In this document: in pieces, positions 40,579 to 49,436 of the stretch
Numbering within the stretch: position 1 is the first letter of the stretch
Layout: every line of letters starts with the position of its first letter
Source of the DNA: an uncultured Bacteroidota bacterium
Lineage (GTDB): Bacteria; Bacteroidota; Bacteroidia; JABEUT01
Assembly: GCA_903916255.1 (NCBI GenBank)
Contig: CAIWVW010000143.1
Coordinates: 12,589-76,588, forward strand
DNA: 64,000 nt
Reading direction: 5' to 3'
Translations under genes and position numbers: made by a program
Notes under the pieces: model-generated
The model's input: only the letters and a program-made list of their open reading frames with translations
Databases searched by the model: none
Told to the model about the DNA's origin: nothing

Positions 40579-41679
40579 ATGAGCGAAACACCTAATACAT
40601 ATCCTACTAAGCCTCTTACTGCAGCCGACATTGAGTATATTAAAACTATACCCATGATATTTATTTTAGGAAGGGAACGCTCGGGAACCTCATTGCTTCA
40701 GAACCTGCTCGATTCGCATCCCAATATTATAGGGCCGCCCGAATCAAAAATCATTGCAGTGCTTGCTCCTAAATTCGCCCCTATTAAAAGATGGACAGAA
40801 GCCAATATCCGCGAATTTGCCGAATTGCTATACATCGAACCTATGTTCACCAATTTCTGGCACTTGGATAAAGAACAACTTACAAAAAACCTTTTATTGG
40901 CCAAGGATAGCGCTACTTATGAACTCTTATGCAAGATAGTTTATTATCACCTTCGTAAAGACAAGGAAAAAATCATTCTTATTTCCGATAAAAACCCAAG
41001 TTATATTCTTCATATAAATACATTGCTGGATATATTTCCAGACACCAAGTTTGTACATATTATTCGGGAACCACGCGATAATATTTACAGCCAGATGAAG
41101 GCTTTCAACGCAAAGAATACCATTTTCAGTGCACAAAAGTGGTTGGGATTTAACCAGCTTGTCGAAAGAAAAAAGAAAAAGATGCCGGAAAAGTTTTACA
41201 CCATTATTTATGAAAATATGGTGACTGAAACAGAAGACATCATGAAAGGATTGTGTGCATTTTTAAAGGTTCCTTATAGCGAAGCTATGATTCAAAATGT
41301 TTTTCCGGAATGGCTCAGCGCCCATTTGGAACGTAAAGGCAATGTAGACAGGAAAAACATGGTTCATACCGGGTTATTGGCCCCCATCAACACATCAAAT
41401 GTAGGCAAGTGGAAAAATAAATTAAGCGCCTATGACCAGGCGGCAACAGAAGCCATAACAGCCGATTTCGCAAAAAAGACGTATGGATATGATATTTCGA
41501 TTGACCCGAATTCTAAAATCAAAATATCAGGATTTAAAATTTTAAAAGGCAAGTGTCTTTATTATCTCTGGCAGGCATTTACACAGGCCAGGTATAAATC
41601 GTTTGCGTTTAATTTAATGTATTCGAAAAGAAAACAAAAGAAGAAAGGGAAGGATTTACCTATGTGGGAATATTTTTAA
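40579..41679 (+). CDS. PAPS-dependent sulfotransferase, paralog B
   Basis: ILGRERSGTSLL, HPNI, DKNP, HIIREPRDNIYS, IYENMV. ATG at 40579 preferred because it aligns with paralog A. Confidence 0.92.
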   Translation: MSETPNTYPTKPLTAADIEYIKTIPMIFILGRERSGTSLLQNLLDSHPNIIGPPESKIIAVLAPKFAPIKRWTEANIREFAELLYIEPMFTNFWHLDKEQLTKNLLLAKDSATYELLCKIVYYHLRKDKEKIILISDKNPSYILHINTLLDIFPDTKFVHIIREPRDNIYSQMKAFNAKNTIFSAQKWLGFNQLVERKKKKMPEKFYTIIYENMVTETEDIMKGLCAFLKVPYSEAMIQNVFPEWLSAHLERKGNVDRKNMVHTGLLAPINTSNVGKWKNKLSAYDQAATEAITADFAKKTYGYDISIDPNSKIKISGFKILKGKCLYYLWQAFTQARYKSFAFNLMYSKRKQKKKGKDLPMWEYF

Positions 41680-41695
41680 AAAAATACTCCTTGTT

Positions 41696-42865
41696 TCATG
41701 TAAATTTTGTTTTGAGTTTCAAAAAACCTTTTTCAAAGAACTCATACGAAATAATTGCTGTGATGATTGTAAAAATAAGGGTGCTGGCATAAAGCACTAC
41801 GTTCATCTGCCATCCGGAAACTTCCCGTTTAAATATACTTTCCGTCATTTGAAGGGAGAGTATTCTCAATATCGGGTGATACATATATAATCCATACGAA
41901 ACCTTTCCCAGATAATTCATCCATTTATAATCAAGACTAAGTATGGAACGTGAATTAGTAGCCAGGTTAACGATTATTACCATGAAAAATACTGAATACA
42001 TTTCATAAAACACACTTGGAAAACCTTCTTTTGCAATAGGCTTTACCCCAATTCTGAGCAACAGTAAACTTATTGTTATTACATAAGTAACCCATTGAAC
42101 ATCCTTCCGGTAAATAAAATGGAGTATTTTATTTTTTTCAAAAATCACCCAATAAGCGCCAATTCCGCCTATGGCCATGCAACTGACGCGATATTGCATT
42201 ATTACCCCACGGGCAAAACGGAAAAGTGTATTGTGCAATTCTTTCCATGAAAAGAAATCATTACCCAGAAACAATGCGTTTCTTACAAATAGCACCAGTA
42301 CCACAACAGAAAGAAATATCCACAGATATTTTTTTGTAATTTTCAATACTATCGGCCAGCAGATATAAAAGAACTCCTCTACTCCTACTGACCATATCGG
42401 GCCAATGGTTCGCGGCAAACCTGAGGTGCTTCTTACAAATGGGCTGAGAAATAATAAAGTGGCAAAAAAGAAAGGCCAGAAATGCTTATATATATTGGAA
42501 GAGTAATCTTCGGTGAACCAACTTATATGGGGAAGCACAAAAAAACCGGCCATAACAATCAGAAAATAAAGCGGCCATATCCGGAGCGTTCTCCGGGTAT
42601 AGTATGATTTAAGATTTATGGTACCTGTAGCCTTTTTCTCTTTCAGCAATAAATAGGTAATAAGAAAGCCGCTGAGCACAAAAAACAAACTTACATCCAT
42701 ATTTCCTATAAGGCTGTAATATCTTAATGGCGCAAGTGTCTCCCTGTGATTAATGAACTTAATATCCTCAATATGGAAAATGATGATAATTAAGGAACCT
42801 ATAAACCTTAGCCCATCTAAATTTGGAAAATAATTTTTTCTTCGTGAATAGTCTTTCTCCATCAA
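41696..42865 (-). CDS. Acyltransferase family 3, paralog B
   Basis: FPNLDGLRF, DVSLFFVLSGFLI, RRTLRIWPLYF, WSVGVEEFFY, LGKVSYGLYMYH. Confidence 0.93.
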   Translation of the reverse strand: MMEKDYSRRKNYFPNLDGLRFIGSLIIIIFHIEDIKFINHRETLAPLRYYSLIGNMDVSLFFVLSGFLITYLLLKEKKATGTINLKSYYTRRTLRIWPLYFLIVMAGFFVLPHISWFTEDYSSNIYKHFWPFFFATLLFLSPFVRSTSGLPRTIGPIWSVGVEEFFYICWPIVLKITKKYLWIFLSVVVLVLFVRNALFLGNDFFSWKELHNTLFRFARGVIMQYRVSCMAIGGIGAYWVIFEKNKILHFIYRKDVQWVTYVITISLLLLRIGVKPIAKEGFPSVFYEMYSVFFMVIIVNLATNSRSILSLDYKWMNYLGKVSYGLYMYHPILRILSLQMTESIFKREVSGWQMNVVLYASTLIFTIITAIISYEFFEKGFLKLKTKFT

Positions 42866-43091
42866 AAAAGATTAAAGAGTTTACAGGTAAATGCAAAAGC
42901 AATTTAACTTTTAGACTCTGTCTTCTTCTGAATGTAGCTTGGCTTTCACGATGTTTAATGTTTTTTTAACCCGATATTAATTTAGTTTTAATTCGGTTTT
43001 AATTCCAATTTAATAACACACCCTTCTTGTTTGGCAATAGAGTATTATTCCACCATTACTAGAAAATTTATGTGTAAAACCCCGATACTAA

Positions 43092-44183
43092 TTATACCGC
43101 GGCCTTCACTTCAACCTTTTTCAGCTTATCCCGTTCCGCTTTTTCTTTGAGGTAATTATCCAACTGGCCCGATTCTGCCAAGTGTACAAGGTTGTTATCC
43201 TTTTTCAAAAGCTTCCACGATTTCCATATGGGCGGATGAATAGCCAGCATATCGAGCAGCATATATAATGGCGCTATTTTAAAAGCATAAAACGGGTCTG
43301 TCCAGCGGTATCCAACACCAATAGAATCGGAAGCATTTTTTACCGTATGCCAGTAAAACGGAGGATTCCAAAGTATGTCTCCCGGTTGAAGGCTTACGGA
43401 ATAGCCATCTATATATTTATACAACTCATTCGGCGGGCTATAATCCGGGCTGAACGGGTCGAAAGGCATATTATTTTTCCCTCTGAAAGGAGCGTTCCTA
43501 TATACATTTCGAACCGGGTCGGGGTCAACAATCATCGTATAATATTGAGAAATCAAAATCCAGTCTTTTTGCCCGTAAGTCTGAACAAAAAAGTTAGGCG
43601 GATTGGCATTATGAACATAAGAAATGCTGTCTTTCGGCCCGATAAAAACCTGAAATGCTTCAAATAGTGAAAACTTGGTCTTCCTGTCAAGCAACCATTG
43701 GTAATCAAAATCCTTAAGATGTTCAGGATGTCTGTCTAATAAAGGATAAAACCTGTAATATTTCTTCCCACCTCCTTTAATATTATCAATAACCTCCCTC
43801 AACGTAATTGCTTCGTAGTTATTCATGTTTTCCTGCGTTGCCATTACTATTTCATCATCGCCATGCAATTCTTTAAAATAATCAAGCGACCATTTCTTTA
43901 CGCAATCCCAATCTTTGGCGGCCCCTTCCAGCACCACAGGGATTCCTTTCCGCATGTAATGGTTCTTGAACTCTTTGAGGCTGATATCTTTTCTTCTTTC
44001 TATAGGATATATTTTACCCTCTCCGCTTTTCTTAAGGGTTTCCAGTAAGTTTCTGTAGAATTTTTTCCGGCGCTTGCCAAGCATTTTAAAAGTTCTTTCC
44101 CTTCCCAGAAAATGGTCGAGAAACTGGTAAATGCCATATTCAAAACGTTGGCTGTTTTTTATATTTCTTCTGAAGTCACTCAT
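43092..44183 (-). CDS. JmjC/cupin_8 Fe(II)/2OG enzyme, H-x-A variant (candidate halogenase)
   Basis: YVHNANPPNFFVQTYGQK; LQPGDILWNPPFYWHTVKN. Confidence 0.9.
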   Translation of the reverse strand: MSDFRRNIKNSQRFEYGIYQFLDHFLGRERTFKMLGKRRKKFYRNLLETLKKSGEGKIYPIERRKDISLKEFKNHYMRKGIPVVLEGAAKDWDCVKKWSLDYFKELHGDDEIVMATQENMNNYEAITLREVIDNIKGGGKKYYRFYPLLDRHPEHLKDFDYQWLLDRKTKFSLFEAFQVFIGPKDSISYVHNANPPNFFVQTYGQKDWILISQYYTMIVDPDPVRNVYRNAPFRGKNNMPFDPFSPDYSPPNELYKYIDGYSVSLQPGDILWNPPFYWHTVKNASDSIGVGYRWTDPFYAFKIAPLYMLLDMLAIHPPIWKSWKLLKKDNNLVHLAESGQLDNYLKEKAERDKLKKVEVKAAV

Positions 44184-44201
44184 TTTACTGCAATTTTAAA
44201 T

Positions 44202-45308
44202 TTACACTGCGGCTTTAGCTTTCAAGGTTTTTTCCTGCTTTTTAGCTTCATCTCTTTCGGCTTTCTTTTTCAAATAATCTTCCAACTGCCCTGTTTCGGC
44301 AAGATAAATTAAGTTGGCATCCTTGCGAACCATTTCACTACCCTTCCATATGGGAGGATTCCTTGCGCAGAAATCGAGCAACATATAAAGAGGGGCTATC
44401 TTTAAAGAATATAACGGAGGAATCCAGCGGAAACTTACGCCAATTGAATCAGTCGGGTTTTGCACACAATGCCAGTAATACGGCGGCAACCATAACACAT
44501 CACCCGGCCTTACTGTAGCTTCAAGGGTATCGATGTATTTGAAGAGTTCATATGGCCTTTCATAGTTGCCCGGCTTAAACGGGTCGAACGGGCCCTTATC
44601 CGTACGCATAGGTGCATGGCGGTAAACATTCTTAACCGGGTCGGGGTCCAAAACCATAGTATAATAGGGTGGATATAAAATCCATTTCTTTTCCCCATAT
44701 ACCTGTAAAAACATATTGCAGGAACAGGCATTATGCAAGCCCGTTGCGGTTCCCGCGCCGCCCATAAATACCTGGAATGCTTCGAACCAGTTGATACGGT
44801 TTTTGTGCTTCAGAAGCCAGTTATAATCAAACTCCTTAATATGCTCCGGATGCCTATCCAACAAAGGATAGAAGCGATAATACTTCCCCCCCCCCGAACG
44901 CATATTATCTATTACCTCCCCAAGCGTAATTGTTTCATAAGGATATCCTTCCTTTTGGAGTTGGACGAGCAAAATTTCATCATCGCCATGTAATTCTTTA
45001 AAATATTCAAATGACCAATCTTTTACACAGGCCCAATCTTTGGCAATACCTTCCATAACCACCGGAATACCCTTTCTTAAGTAATGGTCGCGGAATTCCT
45101 TTATACTTAAATCTTTACGTCTTTCTATTTGAACTGCCTTGCCGGGACCGCTTTGTTTAAGGGTTTCCGTCAGATTTTTATAGAACTTTCTGCGTCGGGT
45201 ACCGAATAACTTAAACATCCGCTGACGCCCAAAAAAATGGTCAAGAATTTGGTAAACACCATATTCCAACCGCTGGCTCCGCTTAATATTTCTTTTATAG
45301 TCACTCAT
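44202..45308 (-). CDS. JmjC/cupin_8 Fe(II)/2OG enzyme, H-x-A variant (candidate halogenase)
   Basis: TGLHNACSCNMFLQVYGEK; VRPGDVLWLPPYYWHCVQN. Confidence 0.9.
   Translation of the reverse strand: MSDYKRNIKRSQRLEYGVYQILDHFFGRQRMFKLFGTRRRKFYKNLTETLKQSGPGKAVQIERRKDLSIKEFRDHYLRKGIPVVMEGIAKDWACVKDWSFEYFKELHGDDEILLVQLQKEGYPYETITLGEVIDNMRSGGGKYYRFYPLLDRHPEHIKEFDYNWLLKHKNRINWFEAFQVFMGGAGTATGLHNACSCNMFLQVYGEKKWILYPPYYTMVLDPDPVKNVYRHAPMRTDKGPFDPFKPGNYERPYELFKYIDTLEATVRPGDVLWLPPYYWHCVQNPTDSIGVSFRWIPPLYSLKIAPLYMLLDFCARNPPIWKGSEMVRKDANLIYLAETGQLEDYLKKKAERDEAKKQEKTLKAKAAV
44886..44895 (-). repeat. G10 homopolymer inside a JmjC coding sequence
   Basis: C10 on the + strand; coding strand reads tcG GGG GGG GGG aag (SGGGK). 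Confidence 0.9.
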
Positions 45309-45328
45309 TATACTTCACTAAATAAACA

Positions 45329-45411
45329 CAAATATATGGTAATTATTGCGAAAATACTGTGAGTTTCCATTTCAATATTGCATAAAGCTTTCGCAGAAAG
45401 TATTAACTTTG
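45329..45411. promoter_or_regulatory. Divergent Bacteroidota sigma-A promoters (JmjC pair and KAS III operon)
   Basis: TATATTTG on the minus strand at 45329-45336; TAACTTTG on the plus strand at 45404-45411. Confidence 0.6.
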
Positions 45412-45429
45412 TGAAAATTACGATAAAGA

Positions 45430-46434
45430 GTGGGTGCTTTCATTAAAGCTATAAGCTATTATTTGCCTGAAAAAATTCTGAATAATGAAGAATTGTCACG
45501 CATATTCCCCGAATATACTCCCGAAGAGATTTTCAGGCGCACAGGCGTGAAAGAAAGGCGAATAGCTGCTGACGATGAAATACCCTCTGATTCAGCAGTT
45601 ACAGCTACGGCCAAATTCTTTGAAGAACATCCGCATGTTAAGAAAGAAGATATAGATTTTCTTATTTTCACCACTGAAATGGTTGACAGGCGCGGCCCGG
45701 CAACAGCTTGCATTTTGCAAAATAAACTAGGGCTGCCAACTACCCTTGGAGCTATTGATATTCCTATGGGTTGTTCGGGTTTTATTTATGGATTAATGGT
45801 AGCTAATTCCCTTATTACAACAAAAGTCGCAAAAAATATATTATTTCTGACTGGAGATGCGGCTACGAAAGTAATCCACCCGAGAGACCATGAATTACGG
45901 ATGATTTTTGGCGATGCAATGGCAGTAACGCTTATCAGCGAAACTGAAAACAGCGGTATTGGGGGTTTTGTTTATGGCACCGATGGCTCCGGAGCTCCTA
46001 ATTTAATTGTGGAAGGATGTTGCGGAGCCGAGAAACCTACCCGCGAATGGCTTGATAAATATAGTGATGCAGGAGGAATGGCTTACGGCATATTTAGCAT
46101 GAAAGGGCCTGAAGTTTTAACTTTCTCATTACGCAAAGTACCACCCTTGGTAAAAGAAACGCTTGAAAAAGCTAACTTAACCATGGACGATATTGACCTT
46201 TTTGTATTCCATCAGGCAAGCGGATTTATCTTAGAGGTGTTGAGAAGGAAAATGAAAATTCCGAAAGAGAAATTTTTTACTAATCTTGAATTTATTGGTA
46301 ACACCGTAGCTGCAACAATTCCATTAGCTTTGTACGATGCGGTGAAAGAAGGCCGAGCAAAAAAAGGCGATAAGGTTTTGATTGCAGGATTCGGGATTGG
46401 CTATTCCTGGGGAGCAACAGTTATAACAATTTGA
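45430..46434 (+). CDS. 3-oxoacyl-ACP synthase III (FabH-like) #1
   Basis: Cys-His-Asn triad: MGCSG, FHQAS, IGNTV; FGDA, GFGIGYSW. Confidence 0.92.
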   Translation: MGAFIKAISYYLPEKILNNEELSRIFPEYTPEEIFRRTGVKERRIAADDEIPSDSAVTATAKFFEEHPHVKKEDIDFLIFTTEMVDRRGPATACILQNKLGLPTTLGAIDIPMGCSGFIYGLMVANSLITTKVAKNILFLTGDAATKVIHPRDHELRMIFGDAMAVTLISETENSGIGGFVYGTDGSGAPNLIVEGCCGAEKPTREWLDKYSDAGGMAYGIFSMKGPEVLTFSLRKVPPLVKETLEKANLTMDDIDLFVFHQASGFILEVLRRKMKIPKEKFFTNLEFIGNTVAATIPLALYDAVKEGRAKKGDKVLIAGFGIGYSWGATVITI

Positions 46435-46447
46435 TAATTTTAATTAT

Positions 46448-46690
46448 ATGGATATAAATACATTTATACAACAATTACAGGGAGAGTTTGAAGATATTCC
46501 TGCAGGCTTCCTGAAACCGGAAACAAAAATCAGCGATATTGAAGGCTGGGGCTCTATGCACGCCCTTATTGTTATTGCGCTTATAGATACCGAATATGGC
46601 GTTACCCTTAAAGGCGATGAGTTGAGAAAAGTATCTTCTGTACAAGAGCTTTATGATATGGTTGTCAATCTGAAAAATAATCCGGAATAA
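46448..46690 (+). CDS. Acyl carrier protein
   Basis: 80 aa, acidic; GWGSMHALIVIALIDTEYGV carrier-Ser region; lies between two KAS III genes. Confidence 0.85.
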   Translation: MDINTFIQQLQGEFEDIPAGFLKPETKISDIEGWGSMHALIVIALIDTEYGVTLKGDELRKVSSVQELYDMVVNLKNNPE

Positions 46691-46695
46691 AAGAA

Positions 46696-47751
46696 ATGGC
46701 TTCCTTTTCAATAAATAACGTAAGCATTAAAGGTATTGCAGGAGCTGTACCGAAAGAGGAATTATCCAATTGGGATTATACCCATATTACCGAACAAGAA
46801 AGGAAACTCCTGATTAAAACTACCGGTGTTGAAAAGCGCAGGATGGTTGGGAAATCTGGAATTACTACAACTGATTTATGCAAAGCAGCCGCTGAAAAAC
46901 TACTGGAAGCAACTAACACTTCCAAAGACGATATTCAGATTTTAATTTTTGTTTCCCAAACGCCCGATTACTTTCTGCCCGCCAGCAGCATAACATTGCA
47001 AAACAGGCTTGGCTTGCCCAAAACCTGCATGGCATTCGATATTAATTTAGGTTGCTCCGGATATGTATATGGACTGTCAGCTATATCATCATTAATAAGC
47101 GTAGGTAAATTCAAAAAAGCCCTTTTATTGTGCGGTGATATTTCTTCTGCCGGCCCTCCGGAGGAAGATAAAAGCGTATTCCCGCTTTTTGGAGATGGCG
47201 GCACTGCAACCCTTTTAGAATACGATGAAACCGCCGCTACCATGCATTTCAGCAACCAGAGTGACGGTTCAGGATATGAAGCCATAATAGTAAGGGAAGG
47301 TGGTATGCGCAAACCATTTACGGTGGATTCATTCACGATGGTGGAAAAGGAAAAAGGCATTTCCCGCGCCAGCCGCAATTTGGAATTAAACGGAATGGCG
47401 GTATTTAATTTTTCAGTTACAGAGGTACCTAAAAATATTGCGGAGTTCTTCAGCACGACCAATACAGGTCCTGATTCCTATGATTATTTTGTAATGCACC
47501 AGGCCAATTTACTGATGAATGAAACCATCCGGAAGAAAATGAAATTCCCTCCGGAAAAAGTGCCTTATACATTGCCTAAATTTGGCAACACCAGTTCTGC
47601 CTCCATACCACTAACAATAGTTTCCGAACTGCATGATAAAGTTGCAGGGGAAGTATCATGGCTGCTTTCAGGGTTTGGTGTTGGCTTATCATGGGCAACA
47701 GTTTCGCTGAAAACAAAAGATTTGATTTGCCCTGAAATTGTAGAATTATAG
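46696..47751 (+). CDS. 3-oxoacyl-ACP synthase III (FabH-like) #2
   Basis: DINLGCSG, MHQAN, FGNTSSASIP, LFGDGG, GFGVGLSW. Confidence 0.92.
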   Translation: MASFSINNVSIKGIAGAVPKEELSNWDYTHITEQERKLLIKTTGVEKRRMVGKSGITTTDLCKAAAEKLLEATNTSKDDIQILIFVSQTPDYFLPASSITLQNRLGLPKTCMAFDINLGCSGYVYGLSAISSLISVGKFKKALLLCGDISSAGPPEEDKSVFPLFGDGGTATLLEYDETAATMHFSNQSDGSGYEAIIVREGGMRKPFTVDSFTMVEKEKGISRASRNLELNGMAVFNFSVTEVPKNIAEFFSTTNTGPDSYDYFVMHQANLLMNETIRKKMKFPPEKVPYTLPKFGNTSSASIPLTIVSELHDKVAGEVSWLLSGFGVGLSWATVSLKTKDLICPEIVEL

Positions 47752-47756
47752 AAAAT

Positions 47757-48506
47757 ATGTCTACCCCTTTTCATCTTCATAATAAAACGGTACTTGTAAC
47801 GGGGGCCTCTTCCGGCATCGGAAAACAAGTTGCTATTTCTTGCAGCGCTATGGGCGCAAAAGTGGTAATTACGGGAAGGGACGAAAAACGGTTAGCGGAA
47901 ACATTTTCAGTATTGCAAGGTGAAGGACATTCCCAATTTGTTTGCGATTTGATGGATGAAACCCAACGCAATAATTTATTCGATACCATTCCTGCAATTG
48001 ACGGATATGTGCATTCGGCGGGAGTTGTAGCACCAGTTCCGGTGAAGTTTATTGCCGAAAAACATATACGTTACATTATGGGTGTAAATTTTGAATCGGC
48101 AGTGCTTTCAGTTGCGCGTTTACTAAAAAATAAAAAGTTGAACGATGCCGCCTCCTTAGTATTTTTTTCATCCATATCTGTAAGCTATCCCTATGCGGGA
48201 GGAGCTTTATACACAGCATCCAAAGGGGCAATAGAAGCCTACAGCAAAAATTTAGCGATTGAAATTCTCCCCAAGAAAATGCGCAGCAATGTGGTTGTTC
48301 CCGCAATGGTTAAAACGCCCTTGTACGAAGAAACTAAAAACCAATCGATGTACCGAAGCGCGGAAGAATATGAAAGTAAATATCCACTTGGATTAGGCAT
48401 GCCGGAAGATGTGGCGAATGCCTGCATCTATTTATTATCCGAAGCATCCAGATGGGTAACAGGCATTAATCTTACGCTGGACGGAGGCTTCAGCATTGTT
48501 AAATAG
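47757..48506 (+). CDS. SDR oxidoreductase (FabG-like ketoreductase)
   Basis: TGASSGIG, HSAG, SSIS, YTASK, LTLDGG. Confidence 0.9.
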   Translation: MSTPFHLHNKTVLVTGASSGIGKQVAISCSAMGAKVVITGRDEKRLAETFSVLQGEGHSQFVCDLMDETQRNNLFDTIPAIDGYVHSAGVVAPVPVKFIAEKHIRYIMGVNFESAVLSVARLLKNKKLNDAASLVFFSSISVSYPYAGGALYTASKGAIEAYSKNLAIEILPKKMRSNVVVPAMVKTPLYEETKNQSMYRSAEEYESKYPLGLGMPEDVANACIYLLSEASRWVTGINLTLDGGFSIVK

Positions 48507-48507
48507 A

Positions 48508-49434
48508 ATGGGCGGAACAATCAAAGATATTTCAATAGTAGTTCCGGTATTTAATGCCGCTCCGGCACTTATTGCCCTACAGGCTGAAATAGATAAAGTA
48601 ATGGCCCTGGAAGGGATTACATACAAACTTATTTTGGTAGATGACGGCTCGGAAGATAAAAGTTGGGAAGTTATCAGGGCCATAAAAAACAATCATCCGG
48701 AAAAGGTTACTGCCATCCGGATGTCGAAAAACTACGGACAGCACAATGCCATTTTTGTTGGATTCCGCAATGCCAAAAGTAATTATATAATTACTATCGA
48801 TGATGACCTGCAGCATCCGCCCGATGAAATACCGCGACTAATTAAATGCGCCGAAGAAACAGATGCAGATTTAGTTTATGGTATATCAGGCGCATACAAA
48901 AGGTCGTTACTGCGCAAGTTTTTGCGATGGGGGTTTCGCCTTTTAAACCGCATGACAGCCGATGATAAAGAGGGTTCCGCTTTCCGCATTATAAAAAAAG
49001 GATTGGTAGATAAACTGGTAACGCACGACCAGGAATTTGTCTTTATAGATGAGCTCGCAAATTGGTACACCGAAAAAATAGAGTATATAAAAGTGCGTCA
49101 CGATAAATCACATGTAGATAAATCGCGTTATCCTTTTTCACGCTTAAGCAAGCTTTATTACAATCTTGTATTTGGCTACAATGCTTTCCTGTTAAGGTTA
49201 ATCACATTTTTAGGATGTACCTCATCCGCCATTTCCATCCTTATCGGGGTTTTCTTTATTATCAAAAAAATATTTTTCCATGTGCAGGTTGGTTTCACCG
49301 GCATTGTAGTAAGCATTACCTTCACCGGTGGTGTTATTTTATTAAGTATCGGCATCATTGGTGAATATATGCGCCGCATGTATAATATTATGAATGCCAA
49401 ACCGCAATCTTCTGTCAGCGAAATATTAGAGTAG
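48508..49434 (+). CDS. GT2 polyprenyl-phosphate glycosyltransferase (ArnC/GtrB-like)
   Basis: SIVVPVFN, VDDGSED, NYGQHNA, TIDDDLQHPPDEIP, two C-terminal TM helices, GIIGEY; ATG at 48508 follows the SDR stop. Confidence 0.9.
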   Translation: MGGTIKDISIVVPVFNAAPALIALQAEIDKVMALEGITYKLILVDDGSEDKSWEVIRAIKNNHPEKVTAIRMSKNYGQHNAIFVGFRNAKSNYIITIDDDLQHPPDEIPRLIKCAEETDADLVYGISGAYKRSLLRKFLRWGFRLLNRMTADDKEGSAFRIIKKGLVDKLVTHDQEFVFIDELANWYTEKIEYIKVRHDKSHVDKSRYPFSRLSKLYYNLVFGYNAFLLRLITFLGCTSSAISILIGVFFIIKKIFFHVQVGFTGIVVSITFTGGVILLSIGIIGEYMRRMYNIMNAKPQSSVSEILE

Positions 49435-49436
49435 TT

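Noticed and set aside
35693-45308. H-x-A JmjC genes as decaying pseudogenes
   Set aside because: All three are full-length with both His ligands and the 2OG-binding Asn/Lys intact, and share the same substitution.
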